Positions 35,030-47,432 of a stretch of 64,000 nucleotides of DNA are shown piece after piece. How positions within the stretch are numbered: the first letter of the stretch is position 1; every line of letters begins with the position of its first letter. The translations under genes were made by a program, and so were the position numbers. A model generated the notes under the pieces. The model was given only the letters and a program-made list of their open reading frames with translations. It searched no databases and was not told the DNA's origin. Origin of the DNA: Heterodontus francisci (lineage: Eukaryota); assembly GCF_036365525.1 (NCBI RefSeq), contig NC_090399.1:61350430-61414429 (forward strand), written 5' to 3'.

Positions 35030-36420
35030 TGAGACAACAGGAATAGGAGTAGACCATTCAATCCTTAGAGCCTGTTCTGCCATTCAGTGATATTGAGGGC
35101 GATCTGTGTCCTAACTCCATATACCTCAATAGATTAGCTAGCAAAAAAATCTATTGACCTCAGATCTGAATTTAATTGAGCTAGCATTTACTGCTTTTTA
35201 TGGAACACAGTTACACACTTCTCCCACCATCTGTTTGAAGAAACGCTTCCTAACTTCTCTCCTGAATGGTCTGGGTCTGATTTCAATGTTATATCCCCTT
35301 TGTCCGAGACTCCACCACCAGCAGAAAAGTTTCTTTCCATCTACCTTACCCTCAATTCCTTCCAAAATCCTGAAAACCTCAATCGTCCTTTAACCTTCTC
35401 TATCCCAGGGAACACAAGCCTAGTCTGTGTAATCTCTCCTCATAATTAAACCTTTGTAGCCAAGTAACATTCTGTTGAATCTGTGCTGCACTCCTTCCAA
35501 GACCAGTATATTTATACCTTTCTAAAGATGAGGTGCCCAGAACTGTACACAGTTCTCCAGGTCTGGTCCGAGACAAGGCTTTCCACCATTTAGAAAATAC
35601 GCTGATCTACCCTTATTTCATCCAAAATGGATGACTTCACGTTTGCCTGCACGGAAATACATCTGCCACAATTTTGCCCACCCAAACAATCAATGTCTCT
35701 TGTAATTTTATGCTCCTGTCTACTCTGCTTGCTATGCCACTGAACCTGGTGTCATCAGTAAACTTGGATATGTGTCGCTCTATTGTGCTTTTTAAGACTT
35801 TAAATACTGAATGGTTGAGGCCCCAGCACAGATCCCCGTGAGATAACACTGGTCATTTCCTTCCAATTCATACATGCCCATTATCCCTACAGTCTGTCTA
35901 CTGCCAAATCAATTTCCTAATCAGCTCAATAATATGCTTTCAATTCCAAGAGCTTTAAGAAATCTCTTATGTGGAACCTTATCGAAAGTCTTCAGCAAGT
36001 CCACATAAACTATATCCATAGACATTCCCCTATCCACTACTTTAGTTACTTCCTCAAAAAAATTCAATTTGTTTCATTAGACATGACCTCCCCCTTACAA
36101 ATCCACATTGGCTCTCTTCAATCAGCTCAAATTTCTCTAAGTACTCAGTCACTCTGTCTTAATGATAGATTCCATAACCTTCCCCACAACAGATGTTAGA
36201 CTAACAGATTTATAATTTCTTGGTTTCTCTCTCACCTTTCTTTAATAATGAAGTTATGTATACAATTTTCCAATCGATAGGAATAATTCCTGCATCGAGG
36301 GAGCTTTGGAAGATTATGGCGAAATTATTTACAATTTCCTCACCTCCTTTCTTTAAAACCCAGGGGTGAAACCAACAGGTCCTGGGCATTTCTCAGTCTC
36401 TACAGTCATTTTTCTAAATA
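35030..36420 (-). mobile_element. Decayed CR1 fragment
   Basis: ISKFTDDT and a CR1 3' end near 35030-35100. Confidence 0.75.
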
Positions 36421-36509
36421 CTATTTTCCAGCTTACATTGTCATTGGTTCATTATTTGTTTCCCTGGAATGTCAGGTATATTATCCTTTCCCATTCCTAT
36501 GAAGATTGA

Positions 36510-37680
36510 AGCCTGGAAAAAGTAAAGCAGTAACAGAGCAATGGAGAACATTCGGGAAGAGATAGTTCAGACACAAACATACAAACTAGATATGTTCCTT
36601 TGAAGGGGAAAGGGCAGAGCATCCAAAGCTAATGTGCCCTGGATGACAAAGGAAGTAAAAGTTAAACTAAAGCAGAGAAAAAAGGAGGCTATGACAGATG
36701 TCACTAGCAAGATTCAGTTAATAACCAGGAAGATTATGAAAAGTACAGGAATGTACAAATACACCAATCACTACAGGTTAGCAAGGCTTTCTTTCTAGAG
36801 GAATAGAATTGAAAAGTACTGAAATTATGTTAAACCTGTATCAAACCGCGCGACGTCCCAGTTGCCATATTATAAAAAAAGAGATAGAAGCACTCAAGAG
36901 AGTGAAAGAAGATTTACAAGGACAATACAGGAAATACATGGGTATACATATCAGGAAAGGATGAACAGCTGGGTCTCTTTTCTCTTTAAAAACAAGGATG
37001 AATTGTGACTGAAAAGAGGTCTTTAAAATTTGACAGGATTTCACAGAGTGGATAGAGAGAGAAATTTTCCACTTGTTGGGAAGACCATAACAGGAGGAGA
37101 TCAATAACAGATAGCTACCATGTGAACACAGAATTCGCTATCACAGGGAGTGATTGAAGCAAATAGTATCGATCTATTTAAGGAGAAACTAGACAAGCAT
37201 ATGAGGGAGAAGGGAATACAGAGTTCCAATGATAGATTTTTTTTAGTTTAGAGATACAGCACTGAAACAGGCCCTTCGGCCCACCGAGTCTGTGCTGACC
37301 ATCAACCACTCATTTATACTAATCCAACACTAATTCCATTTTCCTACCACATCCCCACCTGTCCCTATATTTCCCTCCCTATACTAGGAGCAATTGCTAA
37401 TGGCCAATTCACCTGTCAACCTGCAAGTCTTTGGCATGTGGGAGGAAACCGGAGCACCCGGAGGAAACCCACGCAGACACAGGGAGAACTTGCAAACTCC
37501 ACAGAGGCAGTACCCAGAATTGAACCCGGGCCGCTGGAGCTGTGAGGCTGTGGTGCTAACCACTGCGCCACTGTGCCGCCCTTTAAATGAGGAAAGATGG
37601 GAGGAGGCTTGAGTGGTGCATAAACACCAACATGGACTGGTTGGGCCGAATGGCCAGTTTCTCTACTATTTATCCTATGT
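36510..37680 (+). mobile_element. Decayed CR1 fragment(s), interrupted by a SINE
   Basis: PWMTKEV motif, CR1 C-terminal remnants, and 3' end ttgggccgaatggcc at 37641. Confidence 0.65.
37243..37581 (-). mobile_element. HE1-like tRNA-derived SINE (V-SINE), full length
   Basis: Head GGGCGGCACAGTGGCGCAGTGGTTAGCAC with A and B boxes; V-domain gtctgcgtgggtttcctccgggtgctccggtttcctccc; CR1-like tail. Confidence 0.9.
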
Positions 37681-39177
37681 AATCTTTCAATCTTCATTGG
37701 ATATAGGAGCGCTATTGGAGAACTGGAGGGTTGCTAATGTTATACCACTATTAAAGAAAGGGGAGAGGGATAAACCAGGAAATCACAGGCCAGTCAGCTG
37801 ATAATTGGTAGTGGGGAAGTTATTCAAATCCAGTATCAAGGACAAAATTAACTTTCAATTGGAAAGGCATGGGTTAATCAAGAAGAGCCAGCATGGGTTT
37901 GTTAAAGGCAAATTGTGTCTGACCAACTTGATTGAATTCTTTGATGAGGTAACGAAGAAGATTGATCAACATAATTCAATAGATATAAAAACAAGAAATG
38001 CTGGAACCACTCAGTAGGTCTGACAGCATCTGTGAAAAGAGAAGCAGAGTTAATGTTTCGGGTCAGTGACCCTTCTTTGGAACTGACAAATAGTTCAATA
38101 GATGTTGCACATATGGACTTTTGGAAGGCGTTCAGCAAAATGCTGCACAGGAGGCTTATTAAGGAGATGTCAGCCCATGGAACCAAGGGGATATGAAACT
38201 GGCTCAGTGACTGGAAGCAAAGGATGTTGGTAGATGTTTTTCAGATTGGGAAGTGGGGGGCAGTGTTGTTTCCCAAGGGTCAGTTTTGGGTCCATTACTC
38301 TTGGCAACATTTATAAATGGCTTAGGCTTAGGTGTAGGGAACAGCATTATAAAGTTTGCAAATGATAAAACTTTTGGCAAAGTAGTATGGAGTAATGAGG
38401 ATAGGATGAACATGGAGAGACAATATAGAATAAAGGGTACAATTCAGAAGGGGGGGCAGGAGCAGAGGGACCTATGTGTATATGTGCAAAAGTCATTGAA
38501 GGTGGCAGGACAGGTTGAAAGAGAGGTTAATAAAGCATACAGTATCCTGTGCTTTATTAGTAGGGGGATAGAGTACAAGAGCAAGGAAGTTATGTTGAAT
38601 TTATATAAGACACTAGTTTGGCCTCAGCTGGAGCATTGCATCCAGTTCTGGTGGCCGCACTTTAGGAAAGATGTGAAGGCATTGGAGAGATTACAGAAAG
38701 GATTCACGAGAATGGTTCCAGGGATGAAGAACTTCAGTTATGAAGATAGATTGGAGAAGTTAAGACTGTTTTCCTTGGAGAAGAGAAGGCTGAGAGGTGA
38801 TTTGATAGAGGTATTCAAAATCATGAGGGGTCTGAACAGAGTAGAGAGAGAGAAACTGTTCCCACTCGTGAAAGGATTGAGAATGAGAGGGCACAGATTT
38901 CAAGTATTTGGTAAAGTTAAGCAAAAGTGACATGAGGAAAAGCTGTTTCATGCAGCGAGTGGTTATGGTTTAGAATGCACTGCCTGAGAACGTGGTGGAG
39001 GCAGGTTCAATTGAAGCATTCAAAAGGGAATTAGACAGTTATATGAAAAGGAAGAATGTGCAGGGTTACAGGGAGAAGGCAGCTGAATGGAACTGAGGAA
39101 ATTGCTCTTTCAGAGAGCCAGTGTAGACAAGATGGACCGAATGGCCTTCTCCTGCACGGTAACGATTCTGTGATTCA
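37680..39177 (+). mobile_element. CR1 RT-to-3' fragment
   Basis: NWRVANVIPLLKKG, SQHGFVKGKLCLTNLIEFF, QGSVLGPLL, and ORF 38253-38930. Confidence 0.93.
37985..38090 (-). mobile_element. Short Penelope-like insertion in CR1 (hammerhead core mutated)
   Basis: The minus strand reads agtt-CCAAAGA-A-GGGTC-act-GACCC-GAAA-catt-aact; TTCAATAGAT on both sides. Confidence 0.7.
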
Positions 39178-39184
39178 ATCATTC

Positions 39185-40032
39185 TAGGCTTCAGGGTGAC
39201 AGGATGGTGAAATGGACAAAGACATGGCAGCTAAAGTTCAATGTAGGGAAGTGTGAAGTGATGCACTTTGGAAGGACTAATGTTGAAAGAATGTAGATGA
39301 TATTTTGAAAAGTGTAGATGAATAAAGAGACCTTGGTTTCCATATGCACAAATCCTTAAAGATGGCACAGCAAGTTGATAAGGTGGTTGTAAAAGTATAT
39401 GGGTTACATGGATTTATAAATCGAGGTACAGAATATAAAAGTAAAGTGATCATGCTAGAACTTTATAAATCACTGGTTAGGCCTCGGTTGGAGTATTGTG
39501 GACAATTCCGGGCACCACACTTCCGAAAAGATGTAAAGGCCTTAGAAAGGGCACAGAGGAGGTTTATCAGGATGTTAACAGAGATAACAGACTATAGTTA
39601 TGAGGAGAGGTTGGAAAAGTTAGGACTGTTCCCCTTGGAATAGAGAAGGTTAAGAGGTGACCTAATAGATTTTTTTCAAGATGATGAGCAGTTTTGCTAA
39701 ATAGAGAGAGGAAAGTTATTCCCTCCGGTGAGTGGGTCAATAACCAGAGGTTATAGATTTAAAATCATTGGTAAAAGATAGAGAGGGGAAATGAGGATTT
39801 TATTTTTACTCAGCTGTCGGGATCTGGAATGTTCTACCTGAAAAGAAGTGGAAGCTGATTCCAGAAACAATTTTAAACAGGGTGTTGTACAGATATTTGA
39901 GGATGATGAGCTGACACATTTAGGGACAAAAAGCAGACACATGGGACTAAGAATGACTACTCATCCCAAGAGCCAGCATAGGCTCTATGGGCCAAATGGC
40001 CTCCTACTGTGCTGGAGGGTTCTATGATTCAA
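39185..40032 (+). mobile_element. CR1 3' fragment
   Basis: LYKSLVRPRLEYCGQF, LEKLGLFPLE; tail ttctatgattc. Confidence 0.9.
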
Positions 40033-40050
40033 TGACACGAAGTTCCAACA

Positions 40051-40272
40051 AAATAAAACACTGCAGATGCTGGAAATCTGAAATAAAAACATAACATTCT
40101 AGAAATACTCAGCAGGTCAGGCAGCATCTATGACGTGAGCAACAGAGTTAATGTTTCAGGTCAATACCACTTTGTCAGAATGGAGGTCACTGATCTGAAA
40201 GGTTAACACTATTGCTCTCTGTACAGATGCTACCTGACCTGCTGAGTATTTCCAACATTGTCTGTTTTTATT
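40051..40272. mobile_element. Penelope-like repeat in inverted (palindromic) arrangement
   Basis: aaatactcagcaggtcaggcagcatct ... agatgctacctgacctgctgagtattt form inverted arms. Inverted pseudo-LTRs are characteristic of Penelope-like elements. Confidence 0.7.
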
Positions 40273-41074
40273 GTATTATTCTAAAAGTCCTACCCTTTCC
40301 TTATTCACATTTGCAGTATGACCGCAATGATTTTTAAAGGGCCACATGGGCCTTTTGCTTCTGACATAATTGTAAAAGCTTTGTGTTAATCTTGATACCC
40401 TCATAAATGTCTGTTGATATTTCTGCTCTTACTGTATGTTCTTTCGCTCTCTCCCAGTCCCCTCGATCTATACTATGCTTTGCTTTATCCTTTAGTTTTA
40501 GGTTACCTTTCACTTCTTCTCGAGTAGACCTCTCGGCCCTTCTCGTTTCTGTATTAAGCTAAATTCTTTTCTGAACACCTCCCACTGTTCATCTGTAGTT
40601 TTACCCAATAACAGTTTTGTTCAGTTTGCGGTCATCAGTCTCTGTCTCATCCTATTAAAAGTTAGCCTTACCAAATTCGAGGATCTTCATAACAGTATTA
40701 TGTTTTTCCTTTTCAAACATGTCAGGCTCGCAGTTAAGTAAATGTTCCCTTACCGTTAGATTAACTATGTCTGGCTCACTACTAGATCTAGTGTGGCCTG
40801 CCTGTTTGTTGGTTCCAGAAAACTATGTTGAATGCAGTCAAGAAATTCACAAGCTTTCTGACTTGAGCTACTCTGTTCTTCCCAATCTATATGGGAATTA
40901 AAGTCTCCCATTAAAACATCTCTTCATTTACTACAAGTCTCTTTGATCTCTGAATTAACAGCTATGCAGTGGAAGAATGTATTATCAGGATGCCTGTAGC
41001 CAACTCCCATTACAATTCTTATCACAGTCTCCATTGATTGCTTTCACTTACCTCGATCCTCTCTTGTTAATGTT

Positions 41075-41650
41075 GTAACAATCTGGGACAAACTTAATGT
41101 CAGGTGGAAAAACATGGGTTAATAAATTGAAAGCGAGCACAGAATTGTCAAAGGCAAACTTGTCAAACTTGATCAAGTTCTCTGATGAATAGACGGACAG
41201 TGTTGATGAGGGTAGTGTGCTGTATGTTGTGTATATGGGCTTTCAGAAGGCATTTGATAAAGTGCCACAAAATAGACTTACTAGTAAAATTGAAGCCAAT
41301 GGGATTAGAGGGACAGTGTCAGAGTGGATATGGAATTGGATCAGGGACAGAAATCAGAGAGGAATGGTGAATGATTATTTTTCAGACTGGAAGGAAGTAG
41401 AAAGTGAAGGATTGGTATGAGGATCACATCTCTTTTTGATATATATTAATGATCTGGACTTGGGTATAAGGGCATAAATTCAAGGTGTGCAATGACACAA
41501 AACTCAGAAATGCAGTAACCAATGAAGAGGATTAGAACAGATTTCAGGAGGACATAGACAGACTGGTGAAATGGGCAGACATGTGACACATGCAGTTTAA
41601 TGCAGAGAAGTGTTAGGTGATTGATTTTGGAAGGCAGAATGAGGAGAGGT
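41075..41650 (+). mobile_element. CR1 RT fragment ending about 30 bp from the alpha3 donor
   Basis: VVYMGFQKAFDKVPQNRL; wqm.fnaekc-like remnant. Confidence 0.85.
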
Positions 41651-41678
41651 GATTCTAAACAGTCACTGTTCCTCTTAC

Positions 41679-41954
41679 CCCAGTCTAGGATCTCCATTCC
41701 TTCTTTTTCGCTTTGCTCATACTGACAGGAATAGTTGGCACCATTCTCAGGTGCGATCTGAACCCTTCTCCTGAGCTGGTAGGTGCCATCGTGGTTGGGT
41801 AGGATGCCAGTGGAACATGTGTCTGCAATCGGTGCGCCATTTCTCAAGAGGGTGACTTCGATATCGCGAGGGTAAAATCCTGTGACGAGGCAGCAGAGTT
41901 GTGTCGGTTTAGCAGCTGATGCCTTGTCCGCGGAAAGAAACACTTGAGGAGCAA
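41679..41954 (-). CDS. UAA: MHC class I alpha3 exon (C1-set Ig)
   Basis: ttttactctcag|TT GCT CCT...TGG G|gtaaga; 276 bp; VAPQVFLS..LCCLVTGFYPRDIEV..ILPNHDGTYQL..YSCQY. Confidence 0.97.
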
Positions 41955-42004
41955 CTGAGAGTAAAACAGATCAGAGGCAGGTCAGTGTGAGAGACAGGGA
42001 ATGG

Positions 42005-42515
42005 TAAATATCCCTTTAAATTGGGGATTAGACCCCTGACCCCAGGGAAAGGTACATACCCCTTTAAACTGGGGTTTAGACACCCTGACTCCAGGTAACA
42101 GTACGTACCCCTTTAAACTGGGGTTTAGACCACCGACTCTCAGTCACCTCTTCTGACTCACCGACTCTCAGTCACCTCTTCTGACTCACCGACTCTCAGT
42201 CCCCCCTTTACTCACCAACACTCAGTCCCTTCCCCCTCACTCACCGACTCTCAGTCCCTCCTCCCTCGCTCACCGACTCTCAGTCCCCCTCACTCACCAA
42301 CTCTCAGTCCCCCCTCACTCAGAGTCTCAGACCCCCTCACTCAGAGTCTCAGTCCCCCCCTCACTCGCTGAGTCTCAGTCCCACCTTACTCGCTGACTCT
42401 CAGTCCCCCCTCACTCGCTGACTCTCAGTCCCCCCCCCCACTAACTGACTCTCAGACCCCCCTCACTCACTGACTCTCAGTCCCACCTCATTCACTGACT
42501 CTCCCCCCTCCCCCC
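42005..42515. repeat. Tandem repeats filling MHC intron 3 (three ~47-bp units, then ~25-bp units)
   Basis: ccctttaaa(c/t)tgggg(a/t)ttagac occurs three times, then gactctcagtcccccctcactcacc repeats. Confidence 0.88.
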
Positions 42516-42535
42516 ACCCCCACCCACTCACTCAC

Positions 42536-42808
42536 CGTGTCTCAGTTCCTTTTCTCCAAGTTTCAGGTACTTCTTCAGCCATTCGATGCAGGTCCCCTCC
42601 AGGTAACCCTTCCTCTGCTGGTTCCTGGCCTTGTCCTGGTCCCACTTGTTCTTGGTAATCAGTCCCCAGCTTACCGGTGTTACCCACACCATGTTATCCT
42701 TATCAAAGCTGATGTAATCCCGCCCGTCCCAGCCTTCCTGATGGAACCCGCTGGTGCTCCCGTCATCCCGCAGCTCACAGCCATACATCACCTGTACTGT
42801 GTGGATCC
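42536..42808 (-). CDS. UAA: MHC class I alpha2 exon
   Basis: ttgattgacag|GG ATC CAC...CAC G|gtgagt; 273 bp; HTVQVMYGC..GWDGRDYISFD..ITKNKWD..YLEGTCIEWLKKYL. Confidence 0.98.
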
Positions 42809-43089
42809 CTGTCAATCAAACACACACAGCCAATCAGAGCCAAATAACAGAGAGCCAACAGTTCTGACTGCCTTCCACAACTGTCAGTGAAACACACACA
42901 GCCAAACAGATCCAGGAGCAGAGTGAAGGGGAGGTGGGGGTAAGAGGGAAAGCCGGGAATGATTGGGAGTTGGTAAAGAGCTGGTCCTGTCTTTCAGCCC
43001 CACAACAAAGTGCATCACTCCACCCAATTCCCGGCTTCTGTTTACTATATAGTGGAGAGACCATTACGGTTGGAGCGTATGAAACAAAA

Positions 43090-43441
43090 ATTGTGTTTGG
43101 AAAATATGTTTGAGATTTTTGAAGAAGTAACTGATAAGATGAATAAGGAGTACCAATGGATGTAGTGTATTTGAATTTTCAAAAAGCATTCAATGAGGTG
43201 CCATCCAAGAGCTTTTTTCCACTAAATTAGGACTCAAGGCTTTGAGGATTAGTTAAAGGACAGAAAACAGAGAGTAGGAATAAACGGGTCATCTCCGGGA
43301 TGGCAGGCTGTAATGAGTTGGGTACCACAGGGATCAGTACTTGGGTCTCAGCTATTTAGGCCCAAGACACAAAAAGTTCCACAGAGGGATAGGGCAGGTT
43401 GAGTGAGTAGGCAAGAACATGTCAGATGAAATACAATGTGG
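43090..43441 (+). mobile_element. Decayed CR1 RT fragment
   Basis: MDVVYLNFQKAFNEVP and VPQGSVLG remnants. Confidence 0.75.
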
Positions 43442-44850
43442 TAGGGTGGCCATTTGGTCTGCATCCATTACTTTGGAAATGTCCAGCCTCTCGTCTTCAT
43501 TGGCTAATATCAGTGTCATTTAAAATCAGAATTCTATTGGTCCTGTGAGTACCCACAAAGATCCTATTGGACCTAACCATGTGCCTGTCTTTTAGACGCC
43601 CGAACGCTATATCTGTTGCTTGTACTGTGATGAAAGTGGAGCCATTGTCTTCTTCATCAAAATGCTCAAGCAAAAGACATTGTTCAACGCAGTATGGTCA
43701 AAAGAAAGTGATTTCATAGCAAAAAATAAAATCAGGAAGGGAGAGGATCAAACACTCTGCATTTTGTACCAAGGTGATACCAATGTCAGCCACCAAGGAA
43801 AGGGAGATGTGGATCAACACATTTTGTTGGAAAAACACAAAGTGAGCACCCAATTTGCAAGTACATCATCATTGAGGTCTTTTTTTCAAATCATCTGCAT
43901 CACCTCAAAACAATAAAGTAACTGCTGCTGAACTACAAATGTCTGCCACGCGGTGAAGAATCACCAGTCTTATAGAAATATCGACTGCAGTACAAGGTGA
44001 CAAAGAAATCTCCTTCATACCAAGAGACCTGACATGTGGGGAAACAAAGGCAAAAACACTGAGCGAGAAGCTTCATGCAGAAGTACTTGGATTGCATTAA
44101 AGCAGATGATCTTTTTATTTTCTTTGGCAATTGATGCGTCAAACAAGGGTGAAACAAAATGTTTCCCCTTCGGTTTGGGATATTTTAATTTTGAGAAGGG
44201 GATCCCGCATTTACTGTTGGATTTTTATACTGATAGCCAGGAAACCTGGGAAGCAATCGCAACAGAAAAATGATCCAAACTCAGTGCCTTTGATCTCATC
44301 CCATGAAGACTTTCCGTGTATTCGGCTGACAACACAAGTGTTAATTCTGAAAAGCACAACAGTATTTACCAAGAAGTAAAAGGCTCTCAAACGGACATAG
44401 TTGCAGCCAACTGTTTGGCTCATATTTTGCATAATACAACAAGGTACATCATCTGAAACCTCGCTGTTGATACAAAAAACCATCATTCTCAAGGTATACG
44501 GTCACTTCCACACTTCTGCAATCAGAACAGAGCATTTAAGGGAGTTTTGTGACTTTGTTGGCGTGGAGGAGCGCAATCTGTTGAAGCACGTTGTGATCAG
44601 GTGGCTTTTTCTACTGCTGGCTATTGACAGATTGTGGAAATGCTGGAAAACTCGAACAAGATCATTTCAGAGTTTAGGTGAGCAAGAATGCCCCAAAATA
44701 CAATGGAAATGCTTCAGGGATGAGGAGGTTGCTAATGACGTGGCTGAGCTTTACTTTCTCTTTCTCAGCATTGCTCAAACTATTCACTTTATCAAAGCTT
44801 TAGAGGCCAAGTCGTTCAGCATCCTCTTGGTGTATGAACTGATTTAATTA
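43442..44850 (+). mobile_element. hAT DNA transposon remnant (left end + decayed transposase) in MHC intron 2
   Basis: Starts TAGGGTGGCCA (Tip100-type TIR). Contains zinc-finger-like VSHQGKGDVDQHILLEKHK, FSLAIDASN (first catalytic D), CLAHILHN (CxxH) and LLKHVVIRW. The right end was not found. Confidence 0.8.
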
Positions 44851-44869
44851 AATTAAATCAATCAGATTA

Positions 44870-46800
44870 GAGAATATAGGAACATAGGAAATTGGAGCAA
44901 GAGTAGGCCATTCAGCCCCTTGAGCCTACTCCACCATTTAACTAGATCATGGCTGATTTTCTACCCTAAGGGCATCCTCCTGCACTATCCCCATATTCAT
45001 TGATATCTTCAATATCTAGAGAACTATCAATCTCTCTCTTGAACACACTCAATGACTGAGCCTCCACAGACCGCTGGGGTAGAGAATTCCGAAGATTTAC
45101 TACCCTCTGAGTGAAGAAATTCATCCTCATCTCAGTCCTAAATGGCCTAATCCTTAATCTGAGACTGTGGCCGCTGGTTCGAGACTCCCCAGCCAGGGGA
45201 AACCTCCATCCTGCATCAACCTTGTCGAGACTTCGAAGAATTTTGTATGCTTCAATGAGATCATTCTTCCAAACTCTGGAGGATACAGGCCCAGTCTCCT
45301 CAATCTCTCCTCATAGGACAATCCCACCATCCCAGGAATCAGTTTGGTGAACCTTCGTTGCACTCCCTCTATGGCAAGTATATCCTTCCGGAGGCAAGGA
45401 GACCAAAACTATACTCGACACTCCAGGTACGGTCTCACCAAGGCTCTATAAAATTGCAGCAAGACATCTTCACTCCTGTACTCAAATCCTCTTGCAATAT
45501 AGGCCAACATACCATTTGCCTTCCTAATTGCTTGCTGTACCTAGAGTCATAGAGTTATACGGCACCGAAATAGGCCCTTTGGCCCATCGTGTTCGTACTG
45601 GCCATCAAGCACCTAACTATTCTAATCCCATTTTCCAGCACTTGGCCCATCGCCTTGTATACTGTGGCGTTTTTTTTTTAAACACCTGCATGTTACTTTT
45701 TAGTGACTGATGAACAAGGAGACCCAGGTCCCTTTGGACATCAACACTTCCCATTCTCTCACCATTTAAGAAATACTCTGGATCCACATTATTAGATTAG
45801 ATTAGAGATACAGCACTGAAACAGGCCCTTTGGCCCACCGAGTCTGTGCCGAACATCAACCACCCATTTTTTATACTAATCCTACACTAATCCCATATTC
45901 CCAACAAACATCCCCACCTATCCCTATATTTCCCTACTACCTACCTATACTAGTGCCAATTTATAATGGCCAATTTACCTATTAACCTGCAAGTCTTTTG
46001 GCTTGTGGGAGGAAACCGGAGCACCCGGAGAAAACCCACGCAGACACAGGGAGAACTTGCAAACTCCACACAGGCAGTACCCGGAATCGAACCCGGGTCC
46101 CTGGAGCTGTGAGGCTGCGGTGCTAACCACTGCGCCACCGTGCCGCCCTGTCATGTTCTTGTCCATTCCACCTGTCATGTTCTTGTCCATTCACTTAGCC
46201 TATCTAAATCCCCTTGAAGCCTCTTTGTATGCTCCTCACAACTCACATTGCCTCCTAGTTTTGTGTCATCAGCATAATTGGAAATATTACATTTGGTCCC
46301 TATATCCAAATCATTGATATAGATTGTGAATAGCTGGGATCCAAGCACTGATTCCTGCCATACCCCACTAGTCACAGCCTGCCAACCTGAAATTGGCCCA
46401 TTTATTCCTACTCCATGTTTTCTGGTCATTAACCAATTCTCAGTCTATGCCAGTATATTACCCCCAATCCCATGTGCTCTAATTTTGCTTACTTACTCTT
46501 GTGTGGGACCTTATCGAATGCCTTCTGACAATCCAAATACACCACATCCTCCGGTTCCGCCTCATCTATCCTGCTAATTACATCCTCAAAATATTTCAAC
46601 AGGTTTGTCAAACATAATTTTCCTTTCATAAATCCATGGTGACTCTGCCCAATCCTACCATTATTTTCTAAGTGACCAGTTATCACATCCTTTATAATAG
46701 ATTCTAGCATTTCCCCTACTAATGTCGGGCTAACATGTCTGTAGTTACCTATTTTCTCTCTCCCTCCTTTCTTAAATAGTGAGGTTACTTTTTCTACCTT
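44870..46800 (-). mobile_element. CR1 RT-to-3' fragment with nested CR1 tail (45543-45670) and SINE
   Basis: VTSLFKKGGREKIGNYR, DCQKAFDKVPH, YADDTKLGG, QRRFTKLIPGM. Confidence 0.9.
45791..46148 (-). mobile_element. HE1-like SINE, full length
   Basis: GGGCGGCACGGTGGCGCAGTGGTTAGC head, B box GGTTCGATTCC, V-domain and (tctaa)n tail. Confidence 0.92.
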
Positions 46801-46819
46801 CGATATGATAACTACAATT

Positions 46820-47365
46820 ACACAGGGTATTGTTGAGGTCACACCTGGAATATTGTGTGCAGTTTAAGGAAAGAACGTACTTGCCCGAGATGGAGTATAA
46901 CAAAGGTTCTCGAGACTGATTCCAGTTAATTGGCCTATAAGAAGAAATTGAGTATGGTAGACCTATATTCCCTGGAATTTAGAAGAATGGGAAGTGATCT
47001 AATTGGAATATACAAGATTCTGAAGGGGCTTGACAGAGTAGACACTGAGAGGTTGATTCCCCTGTTCGGGGAATCTAGAATACGGGGTCACAGTCTCAGA
47101 ATAAGGAGTTGGTCATTGTAGATTGAGTTGAAAAAAAAATGTCTTCATGCAGAAGGTTGTGAATCTTTGGAATTCTCCACCCTAAAGAACTGTGGATGCT
47201 CACTCATTGAGTAGATTCAAGACAAAGGTTGATAGATTTTTGGGTGCAAAGGGAATGAAGGGAGGGGAGGACGGTGCAGGAAGGTGGAATTGAGATAGAA
47301 GATCAGCCATGATCTTTTAAATGTTGGAAAAGGCTCAATAGTCTATTCCTGCTCCTATTTCTTAA
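46820..47365 (+). mobile_element. CR1 3' fragment
   Basis: LYSLEFRRMGSDLIGIYKILKGLDRVD. Confidence 0.88.
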
Positions 47366-47432
47366 GTTCTTTTGAGACACAGCAGGGGTAGGGGAACAGA
47401 GAGAGATGAGTTGGGGGAGTACAGAGACACAG

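Noticed and set aside
41710-41730. CQYEQ instead of the usual CxVxH in alpha3 as a sign of pseudogenisation
   Set aside because: As far as I recall, shark UAA chains have a similar CQY(D/E)Q, and the frame and splice sites are intact.
45791-46148. tRNA genes at the SINE heads (also 37243-37581, 48657-48990, 20715-20790)
   Set aside because: A and B boxes are present, but they continue into SINE bodies and tails and do not form a complete cloverleaf.
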